The notes under the pieces: generated by a model
What the model saw: the letters and a program-made list of their open reading frames with translations, nothing else
What the model was told of the DNA's origin: nothing
The model's database searches: none
Part shown: positions 25,119-33,249 of the stretch, one piece after another
Position numbering within the stretch: the first letter of the stretch is position 1
Layout: each line of letters opens with the position of its first letter
Made by a program: the position numbers and the translations under genes
Source of the DNA: a virus
Lineage: Duplodnaviria > Caudoviricetes
Length of the DNA: 37,543 nt
Virus record (IMG/VR): IMGVR_UViG_3300030708_004113
Location: 1 to 37,543 of that record
Strand: one strand, 5' to 3'

Positions 25119-26222
25119 TTATTCTTGCGAAGAATCTTCTTCTTCGGAAACTTCCCCTTCGTCAGAGATGGCTTCTGGTTGAGTTCCATCAACTGTTACA
25201 GGTTCCTCTTCTTCGACATCTATCTCTACATCTAATTTCTTTACGTCTTTGCGTTCACCGTAAACAGCATAGAAATAATTCAGAGGTTCATCTGTGTTTG
25301 AACCAATGGTAATATCTCCATTTTCTGCTATGGAGGAAACATAAAGATTTTGATTCGGCCCTATAGCAGTTAATTCTACAGTCATAGAATCTATATCTAC
25401 TAAACCTTCCCAGTAATCTGGTGTTTTAATTAAATTTAAATCACTCTTACCCCTGAAGTATACTGCTAACTCTGGACCCTCAATACATCCATGCATGAGC
25501 TTCTTGCCCTCTTTGCTTGGATGATCAATTAAAAATGATTTATAAGATCCAACAATAGATCCATTGACATGCAAAGCATAGGACGGAGAATTAGTTCCAA
25601 TTCCCACATTTCCCTGGACTAATAAACCATTACTGGGGGCTGAGCTTGATATATAACTCGCGCCAATTGCTACGCCTCCATTTACATCTAATGTATTATA
25701 CCCAGCACCACCAACACCCAAACTTCCAAATTGAACGGTGCTGCTACTTGATAAACCTAAATCGGTTTTAACTTCAGAAGTAGATCGTCCTTCAATCTTT
25801 GTTCCGTCTACCTTGAGGAACTCATTGTCAGACATTGCTCCGTTAGACCGAAGAACATTGTCACTACTAATGCCGCCGTCATTAGTAGTAAGAACTTTGT
25901 ATTGGCTTGTGTTTCCGTCAGCATAGATAGGGCCAGTGGTTGCAAAACCACCTTGTGAAATCTCATCTAAATCAATCCTAGAACTTTCAGTAAAAGAGCC
26001 GTAGTTACTTACGAGTGGTGGGGTATCAGCATCTGGAATAAAATCGCAAAGAACCCAACTGTCAGTTTGAAAGTTGTCTCCAAGGATAGCTGCATTTAGA
26101 GCGTTCTGGGAGTTATCAATATATACTTGAAGGGCAGCACCATCATAAGTTCCACCTGCTTTAATTCTTATGTAACGGAAAGGACTAGTGCCGCATAAAA
26201 AATTACACTCTGGTGTCGGCTG
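25119..26222 (-). CDS. C-terminal part of the tail fibre, in the -1 frame relative to 26168-33247
   Basis: Frame is open from 26222 to 25119, 129 codons upstream of the tracked ATG 25835. It reads GTSPFRYIRIKAGGTYDG..., holds a fibre repeat copy (DNVLRSNGAMSDNEFLKVDGTKIEGRS), GNVGIGTNSP and a KSFLIDHP...EGPE..VYFRG domain. Confidence 0.8.
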   Translation of the reverse strand, partial: QPTPECNFLCGTSPFRYIRIKAGGTYDGAALQVYIDNSQNALNAAILGDNFQTDSWVLCDFIPDADTPPLVSNYGSFTESSRIDLDEISQGGFATTGPIYADGNTSQYKVLTTNDGGISSDNVLRSNGAMSDNEFLKVDGTKIEGRSTSEVKTDLGLSSSSTVQFGSLGVGGAGYNTLDVNGGVAIGASYISSSAPSNGLLVQGNVGIGTNSPSYALHVNGSIVGSYKSFLIDHPSKEGKKLMHGCIEGPELAVYFRGKSDLNLIKTPDYWEGLVDIDSMTVELTAIGPNQNLYVSSIAENGDITIGSNTDEPLNYFYAVYGERKDVKKLDVEIDVEEEEPVTVDGTQPEAISDEGEVSEEEDSSQE

Positions 26223-29200
26223 CTATCTGTATCCCAAACACCAAACCTAGCTACAGCCCTATTACCTGTATTAGTGGCAATGGTATACCAACCAACAGCA
26301 AGATCACTCGCAGTTTCTTTAGAAATGTAAGAGTGTTCAATGATCTCCTCCATCTCACTCTCTGTGTAGCGATCATCCAACTGCGTTTGGATCGCACTGG
26401 TTACGCCGTCGAGGTAACCATATTCAGTATTAGATACGTTTCCGTTGGCTCCAACTAAGGTTGCACTCAAGCGGTTAGAAGAATTAATTTCATCCTGCTT
26501 ACCATTCCAAGTAGATGCACTAGAGATATAGCTATCGCCTATTGCAGTTGCATTCCACTCGCCGTTTGTGATAGAGCCTACTGTGGCAATGTTGGTGGAG
26601 CCGCCCCAAGTGGATAACGCAGTATTTTCGACATTATTTAAACTTAAATCGCTTTTTACTTCTGTAGCAGATCGTCCCTCAATCTTGGTTCCGTCAACCT
26701 TCAGGAACTCGTTATCGGACATTGTTCCGTTAGACTGGAGGACGTTATCAGTGCTTATTCCAAAGGACAAAGAGGCTTGCTTTGCATCGAGTTGCGTCTG
26801 AATTGCACTGGTCACACCATTGAGATAACCGAATTCCGTATTCGATACGTTTCCATTAGCTCCGACTAAGGTCGCACTTAGGCGACTAGAGGCATCTATT
26901 GTTGCTTGCTTTGCGTCTAATTGCGTTTGGATATTAGAAGTTACGCCGTCTAAGTAGTCAAACTCAGTGCTTGTTACGTCAGTTGCATATAAAGCCTCCA
27001 AGTAATCTATCTCATCAGAATCAAGATTTTGAAGTTCTGTATCTAAAGATAAGTCCCCTAAAACTTGAGTCGCGGAACGTCCCTCAAGACCGTTAGCTGT
27101 AAACTTTGCAAACTCATCGTCTGCTACGCTAGCACTGTCGATCTTGACTGCGTTCGTATTTGAGATGCCGAACGTAAGAGACGCTTGCTTCGCATCTAAC
27201 TGCGTTTGGATATTTGAAGTTACGCCATCGAGATAATCGAACTCGGTGCTTGTAACGTCAGTCGCATATATAGCTTCCAAGTAGTCTATCTCGGCAGAGG
27301 AAAGATTTTGAAGTTCACTATCCAAGGATAAATCACCAAGCATGTCAGATACTGAACGGCTTTCTAAGCCATTGGCTGTAAACCTAGCGTATTCATTATC
27401 TGCAACACTTGCACTATCAATCTTTACAGCATTGGTATTTGAAATACCAAATGTGAGAGAGGCTTGTTTAGCATCTAATTGCGTCTGGATTGCACTGGTC
27501 ACGCCGTCCAGATAATCAAACTCTGTATTTGATACGCTGCCAGCACTAATAAGGTTTGCGTTTAATCGACTGGAGGCACTTATCGTTGCTTGTTTTGCGT
27601 CCAACTGCGTTTGGATATTGGACGATACACCGTCGAGATAGTCGAACTCTGTGCTAGTAACATCGGTTGCATACAACGCTTCCAAGTAGTCTATCTCAGC
27701 AGACGAAAGGTTTTGAAGCTCGCTATCTAGAGAGAGGTCACTGAGAAGATTCGCTGCTGATCTTCCTTCAATACCATTCGCAGTAAAACGAGCATACTGA
27801 TCGTCACTTGGACTACCGTCGATTTTAACAGCGTTAGTGTCAGCTATTCCAAACGTAAGGGATGCTTGTTTAGCGTCTAACTGTGTTTGGATCGCACTCG
27901 TTACACCATTAAGGTAACCGTATTCGGTGTTAGATACGTTTCCATTAGCACCGATTAAAGTAGCGCTTAAACGATTAGATGCGGTGATTGCATCTTCGTA
28001 TTTTCCATCAAGATCAACTGTTACTGTTCCCGCATCATTACGGCTTAAAGTAAGAACTCCGTCTGATGTTCCAAACGATGCGCCAGTTACAAAAGTATTA
28101 GTATCGGGGATTACAGTATTATCAACATAATCCTTAACGGCGGCTGAAGTGGGAACACTGGTGTCATTATCATTTGAACTTATTCCTTCTGACTCAGTAA
28201 CTATTGCACTTGCTTTGAAGTTATCGACCTCTAAGTTCGATACAGTAACGCTATCAGCATCGACTGCGCTAAGAGTAGCGAGTGATCCTAACGATAGATC
28301 ACTACGGACATTGCTTGCGGAGCGTCCCTCAAGACCATCAGCCGTAAACCTTGCAAACTGATCGTCACTTGGACTACCGTCGATTTTAACTGCATTCGTG
28401 TTAGATATACCAAATGTTAAAGTAGCTTGCTTACCATCAAGTTGAGTTTGAATATTTGATGTAACTCCATCTATGTAATCGAACTCCGTATTTGAAACAC
28501 TACCTGCGCTGATAAGGTTTGCGTTCAATCTATTTGAAGACGTAATCGCATCTTGCTTTGCATTCCAAGTGCTTGCGCTGGAAATATAAGCGTCTGCTAT
28601 CGCTGTCCCTGCCCATTCTCCCGCTGTAATAGAACCAAGGGAAGTTATATTACTAGACCCTCCCCAAGTAGAGAGCGCGGTATTTTCGACATTATTTAAG
28701 CTTAAGTCTGTTTTTACATCGCTTGTGGAGCGTCCCTCCAAACCGTTAGAAGTAAACCTCGCGTATTGATCATCAGCTACCGAAGCGCTGTCAATCTTTA
28801 CCGCATTTGTATTTGAGATACCAAACGTAAGAGACGCTTGTTTCGCATCCAATTGTGTTTGTATGTTGGAAGTTACACCGTCAAGGTAGTCGAACTCCGT
28901 GCTTGTAACGTCTGTGGCATATAACGCTTCCAAATAGTCGATCTCCGCAGACGAAAGATTTTGAAGTTCAGCATCCAAAGATAAATCACCAAGCATGTCA
29001 GATACTGAACGGCTCTCAAGGCCAGCAGAGGTGAATCTAGCATACTCATCATCAGCAACGCTGGAACTGTCGATCTTTACTGCGTTAGTATTTGAGATAC
29101 CAAAGGTTAGCGATGCTTGCTTTGCATCAAGTTGTGTTTGGATTGCGCTAGTAACTCCATTTAGATATCCGAATTCAGTATTAGATACATTACCATCAGA

Positions 29201-32200
29201 GCCAATTAAATTAGCATTTAATCTATTTGAAGCAGTAATATCATCTTGATACCTTCCATCAATATCGACAGTAACCGTTACTCCATCATTGCGACTCAAT
29301 GTAATAACACCGTCTGATGTTCCAAAAGATGCGCCAGTAATGAAAGTGTTCGTGTCAGGAATTACAGTATTATCGACGTAATCTTTAACAGCAGCCGAGG
29401 TCGGGATTGTAGTATCGTTATCGTTAGACCCAATACCTTCAGACTCAGTTACGATTGTCGTCGCTTTAAAGTTATCGACCTCTAAGTTCGAAACGGTAAC
29501 ACTATCAGCATCAACCGCACTAAGAGTAGCGAGCGACCCTAACGATAGATCACTACGAACATTACTTGCGGAGCGTCCCTCAAGACCATTAGAGGTAAAC
29601 CTTGCAAACTGATCATCACTTGGACTACCGTCGATCTTGACTGCATTCGTGTCAGCTATTCCAAACGTAAGGGATGCTTGCTTACCATCTAATTGCGTTT
29701 GGATATTTGAGGTTACTCCGTCTAAGTAATCAAATTCTGTGCTTGTTACATCAGTCGCGTATAATGCCTCTAAATAATCTATCTCATTGGCACTCAGGTT
29801 TTGAAGCTCAGTATTTAAAGAGAGGTCACCTAGTAATTCAGTGGCAGAACGTCCCTCAATCTTAGTCCCATCGACTTTGAGGAATTCATTGTCAGCCATC
29901 GCTCCATTTGATTGGAGAACATTATCAGTGGCAATTCCAAAAGTAAGCGAGTCTTGCTTTGCATCAAGTTGTGTTTGAATTGCACTGGTAACCCCGTCGA
30001 GATAATCAAACTCTGTATTGGATACACTACCTGCGCTGATAAGGTTGGCGTTTAACCTGTTTGACGAATTTATCGTCGCTTGTTTCGCATCTAATTGTGT
30101 TTGGATATTTGACGTTACTCCGTCTATATAATCGAACTCCGTGTTTGATACGCTACCAGCACTTATAAGATTAGCGTTCAATCTATTCGAAGAAGTAATT
30201 TCATCTTGATACTTTCCGTCAAGATCAACAGTAACCGTTGCTCCATCATTACGGCTTAAAGTAACAACCCCATCCGATGTTCCAAAAGATGCGCCAGTAA
30301 CAAAAGTATTTGTGTCAGGGATTACAGTATTATCAACGTAATCTTTAACAGCCGCAGAAGTTGGAATCGTTGTGTCATTATCATTAGAAGCAATCCCCTC
30401 AGACTCAGTTACGATTGTTGTAGCCTTGAAGTTATCGACCTCTAAATTTGATACGGTAACGCTATCAGCGTCCACCGCGCTAAGAGTAGCGAGAGACCCT
30501 AATGAGAGATCACTACGGACATTACTAGCAGATCTTCCCTCAATTCCATTAGCGGTAAAGCGAGCATATTGATCATCACTTGGGCTACCATCAATTTTAA
30601 CTGCATTTGTGTCAGCTATACCAAATGTTAAAGTGGCTTGTTTAGAATCTAGCTGGGTTTGGATTGCGCTGGTCACGCCGTCCAGATAATCGAACTCCGT
30701 ATTTGATACGCTTCCTGCGCTAACAAGGTTTGCGTTTAATCTATTAGAAGCAGTAATTGCGTCTTGTTTTGCATTCCAAGTGGATGCGCTAGAAATGTAA
30801 GCATCTGCTATAGCAGTTCCCGCCCACTCTCCTGCCGTGATAGAACCAACAGTTGTTATATTACTAGAGCCAGCCCAAGTAGATAAGGCTGTGTTCTCGA
30901 CATTATTTAAACTTAAATCGGTTTTTACTTCTGAAGTGGATCGCCCTTCTATCTTTGTTCCATCAACCTTAAGGAATTCGTTATCAGCCATTGTGCCATT
31001 TGACTGAAGGACGTTATCCGAGGCTATCCCGAAGGTAAGAGTATCTTGCTTAGCGTTAATTTGCGTCTGGATCGCACTGGTAACACCGTCCAGATAATCA
31101 AATTCCGTATTGGATACGCTACCCGCAGAGATAAGATTGGCGTTTAATCTATTGGAAGAGGTAATCTCGTCTTGATACCTTCCATCAAGATCAACCGTTA
31201 CTGTCGCTGCGTCATTACGGGTTAAGGTTAAAACTCCATTGGAGGTTCCAAAAGCCGCACCCGTTACATAAGTGTTGGTGTCAGGGATAACAGTGTTATC
31301 CACATAGTCTTTAACAGCAGCCGAAGTTGGAAGGCTTGTGTCATTATCGTGAGAGCTAATTCCTTCTGACTCAGTAACTATTGCGCTATCTTTAAAGTTA
31401 TCAACTTCAAGGTTGGATACAGTTACACTATCAGCATCTACCGCACTCAGTAAGGCTAGTGACCCCAAGGACAAATCACCTCTAACATCAGAGGCAGAAC
31501 GACCTTCGTAGGTAGTTCCATTTACCCTAACAAAATCATCATCAGAAAGACCACCACCACCGACCTTGGTTACATTACCTGATGAAATACCAAAAGTAAG
31601 TTCTTCTTGATACCTACCATCTAGATCAACAGTAACTGTTCCTGCATCGTTTCTAGTAAGCGTTAATACTCCATCAGATGTTCCAAAGGCTGCACTTGTT
31701 ACATATGTATCACTACTTGACGGAGAGTCTCCTGATAACAAATAAGGAACGCCACCTAAAGTCAGGCGATCTCCATGACTGCTGCTACTTCCCTTTGCAT
31801 CTCCGTTTACTAACAAATAAGGAGTTACTGAATTTTTAGATTCAACCTTTAAACAATCGAAAACAGTGAAGCATCCATTAACCTTTTGATTTGTTACTTC
31901 AGATCCCGCATTATACACAATGGGGTCACGACCTAAAGCAATAGAGGGTAACGTGTAGGGGCCACTCCTAAACTTTTTCCCAGCTTTTCCCGCATGGTTT
32001 CTAGGAACCCAAATATAATAATAGGGAACATCAGATTTAACCCCAGCAGATCTTGGTATTTCAAATTTCTGAATTTTAGTTTGCTGAACTTCAAAACGTT
32101 TAATTAGATTTTTAGCGTTTAATGGTATGTTTAAGTTTTCTGATGCAGACTGATATCCATATAATTCTAGATATTGTATATCTGCCCAAGCCTGATGATC

Positions 32201-33247
32201 AAAAGTTACAGTAGCCTCCACAATCCCTTTTGATTTTTGGGTTGTGTTAACTGTTTGATGGTTGGTTAAATCTTTTGCATTTGATTCTGATGCAGGTGGT
32301 GCGTGAAAATTAGATGGAGACTGGTCTGTGAAGGTGCCAGCAGAATCCTTCCAAGTAATGCTTTTAATTTCAGGAGGATCATTATTATAAAGAAAATAAA
32401 TTCCTGTAAATGTAGAGCCATCATCGGCTGCTCCTCTCCATCTAATTCCAAAGTCTTTTGTGTCATCTGCAAAAGCGTTTCTTAGATCTTCGTTTGTAAC
32501 AGTGACTGTTGTGCTCTGATAATCTGTTTTCCAGTTTTCAACAACAGTGGTTACAGGACTTGGCGGAACAGTGGTTAAATCAATACTTAATCCTCCAGAA
32601 ATAAATGGAGAAGTCTCCATGTTATTTACTGGATTACCACCTCTGTCGATTATTCCGACCCTGACGGTGGGTGTGCCAACATAAATACCACTTCCACTTT
32701 GTGTTCCTGTGTTGTATACCGCTTTAAATTGGTGTCTTACTTTATCTGTGGTAAAACTTCCTGTATAATAACCGCTTGTAGTCCAAGCGCTTGCATTAGT
32801 CCCCACTCCAACAAGACCCGAAGTCATAGTTGAAATGCCAGCAGCCCCTGTTACTCTGGCATATAAACCATGAAAATAATCAGTATTTGCGCTTAATGGC
32901 TGTAGTCCCGCTCCAACGCCAACTGTGCCAGAGTATCCTATCCCCGTTCCTCTTACATCTCCACTAGTTGCAGACTCATTTAGAATGTAGGTTCCTGCAC
33001 CCCCTGTTGGATAGAGAGGACTAAAAGTAATATTAGGTATGTCGGCAGGAAGGAGAATTTCCTTGAGGTTTCCCGTGCTTTCTGACATTGCCACGACAAA
33101 ACCATCATGTATACCAGATGGACTGGAAGCATCATACCAAGCTCCACCATTTTTTAAGTTTTCTACAGCAGAGACATATCCACTTTCATAATAAGGGGTA
33201 AATCCAGAGGAAGTGGTTTGTAGGTTATATACTCCTGTAACAGCCAT
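26168..33247 (-). CDS. Giant repetitive tail fibre / receptor-binding protein (N-terminal 2359 aa; frame disrupted near 26190)
   Basis: Starts 2 nt after the tail tip gene stop; S/T/G/D-rich; repeated TEFDYLDGVTSAIQTQLDAKQ and PTSAAVKDYVD fibre motifs. Confidence 0.85.
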   Translation of the reverse strand: MAVTGVYNLQTTSSGFTPYYESGYVSAVENLKNGGAWYDASSPSGIHDGFVVAMSESTGNLKEILLPADIPNITFSPLYPTGGAGTYILNESATSGDVRGTGIGYSGTVGVGAGLQPLSANTDYFHGLYARVTGAAGISTMTSGLVGVGTNASAWTTSGYYTGSFTTDKVRHQFKAVYNTGTQSGSGIYVGTPTVRVGIIDRGGNPVNNMETSPFISGGLSIDLTTVPPSPVTTVVENWKTDYQSTTVTVTNEDLRNAFADDTKDFGIRWRGAADDGSTFTGIYFLYNNDPPEIKSITWKDSAGTFTDQSPSNFHAPPASESNAKDLTNHQTVNTTQKSKGIVEATVTFDHQAWADIQYLELYGYQSASENLNIPLNAKNLIKRFEVQQTKIQKFEIPRSAGVKSDVPYYYIWVPRNHAGKAGKKFRSGPYTLPSIALGRDPIVYNAGSEVTNQKVNGCFTVFDCLKVESKNSVTPYLLVNGDAKGSSSSHGDRLTLGGVPYLLSGDSPSSSDTYVTSAAFGTSDGVLTLTRNDAGTVTVDLDGRYQEELTFGISSGNVTKVGGGGLSDDDFVRVNGTTYEGRSASDVRGDLSLGSLALLSAVDADSVTVSNLEVDNFKDSAIVTESEGISSHDNDTSLPTSAAVKDYVDNTVIPDTNTYVTGAAFGTSNGVLTLTRNDAATVTVDLDGRYQDEITSSNRLNANLISAGSVSNTEFDYLDGVTSAIQTQINAKQDTLTFGIASDNVLQSNGTMADNEFLKVDGTKIEGRSTSEVKTDLSLNNVENTALSTWAGSSNITTVGSITAGEWAGTAIADAYISSASTWNAKQDAITASNRLNANLVSAGSVSNTEFDYLDGVTSAIQTQLDSKQATLTFGIADTNAVKIDGSPSDDQYARFTANGIEGRSASNVRSDLSLGSLATLSAVDADSVTVSNLEVDNFKATTIVTESEGIASNDNDTTIPTSAAVKDYVDNTVIPDTNTFVTGASFGTSDGVVTLSRNDGATVTVDLDGKYQDEITSSNRLNANLISAGSVSNTEFDYIDGVTSNIQTQLDAKQATINSSNRLNANLISAGSVSNTEFDYLDGVTSAIQTQLDAKQDSLTFGIATDNVLQSNGAMADNEFLKVDGTKIEGRSATELLGDLSLNTELQNLSANEIDYLEALYATDVTSTEFDYLDGVTSNIQTQLDGKQASLTFGIADTNAVKIDGSPSDDQFARFTSNGLEGRSASNVRSDLSLGSLATLSAVDADSVTVSNLEVDNFKATTIVTESEGIGSNDNDTTIPTSAAVKDYVDNTVIPDTNTFITGASFGTSDGVITLSRNDGVTVTVDIDGRYQDDITASNRLNANLIGSDGNVSNTEFGYLNGVTSAIQTQLDAKQASLTFGISNTNAVKIDSSSVADDEYARFTSAGLESRSVSDMLGDLSLDAELQNLSSAEIDYLEALYATDVTSTEFDYLDGVTSNIQTQLDAKQASLTFGISNTNAVKIDSASVADDQYARFTSNGLEGRSTSDVKTDLSLNNVENTALSTWGGSSNITSLGSITAGEWAGTAIADAYISSASTWNAKQDAITSSNRLNANLISAGSVSNTEFDYIDGVTSNIQTQLDGKQATLTFGISNTNAVKIDGSPSDDQFARFTADGLEGRSASNVRSDLSLGSLATLSAVDADSVTVSNLEVDNFKASAIVTESEGISSNDNDTSVPTSAAVKDYVDNTVIPDTNTFVTGASFGTSDGVLTLSRNDAGTVTVDLDGKYEDAITASNRLSATLIGANGNVSNTEYGYLNGVTSAIQTQLDAKQASLTFGIADTNAVKIDGSPSDDQYARFTANGIEGRSAANLLSDLSLDSELQNLSSAEIDYLEALYATDVTSTEFDYLDGVSSNIQTQLDAKQATISASSRLNANLISAGSVSNTEFDYLDGVTSAIQTQLDAKQASLTFGISNTNAVKIDSASVADNEYARFTANGLESRSVSDMLGDLSLDSELQNLSSAEIDYLEAIYATDVTSTEFDYLDGVTSNIQTQLDAKQASLTFGISNTNAVKIDSASVADDEFAKFTANGLEGRSATQVLGDLSLDTELQNLDSDEIDYLEALYATDVTSTEFDYLDGVTSNIQTQLDAKQATIDASSRLSATLVGANGNVSNTEFGYLNGVTSAIQTQLDAKQASLSFGISTDNVLQSNGTMSDNEFLKVDGTKIEGRSATEVKSDLSLNNVENTALSTWGGSTNIATVGSITNGEWNATAIGDSYISSASTWNGKQDEINSSNRLSATLVGANGNVSNTEYGYLDGVTSAIQTQLDDRYTESEMEEIIEHSYISKETASDLAVGWYTIATNTGNRAVARFGVWDTDSSRHQSVIFYAALVLSVT
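26366..31711 (-). repeat. Intragenic mosaic repeat array, about 39 module copies of 7 types
   Basis: Manual parse of the translation: A x5, B x10, C x8 plus one variant, D x4, E x3, F x5, G x3. Confidence 0.9.
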
Positions 33248-33249
33248 GA

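Noticed and set aside
25119-25835. Independent 238-aa gene starting at ATG 25835
   Set aside because: That Met lies inside a repeat module (GAMSDNEF) and the frame is open and protein-like for 129 codons upstream.
26366-31711. Repeat array as a CRISPR array or a DGR template/variable repeat pair
   Set aside because: The repeats are in-frame coding modules that differ at synonymous positions. There are no unique spacers, no adenine-specific pattern and no reverse transcriptase in the window.
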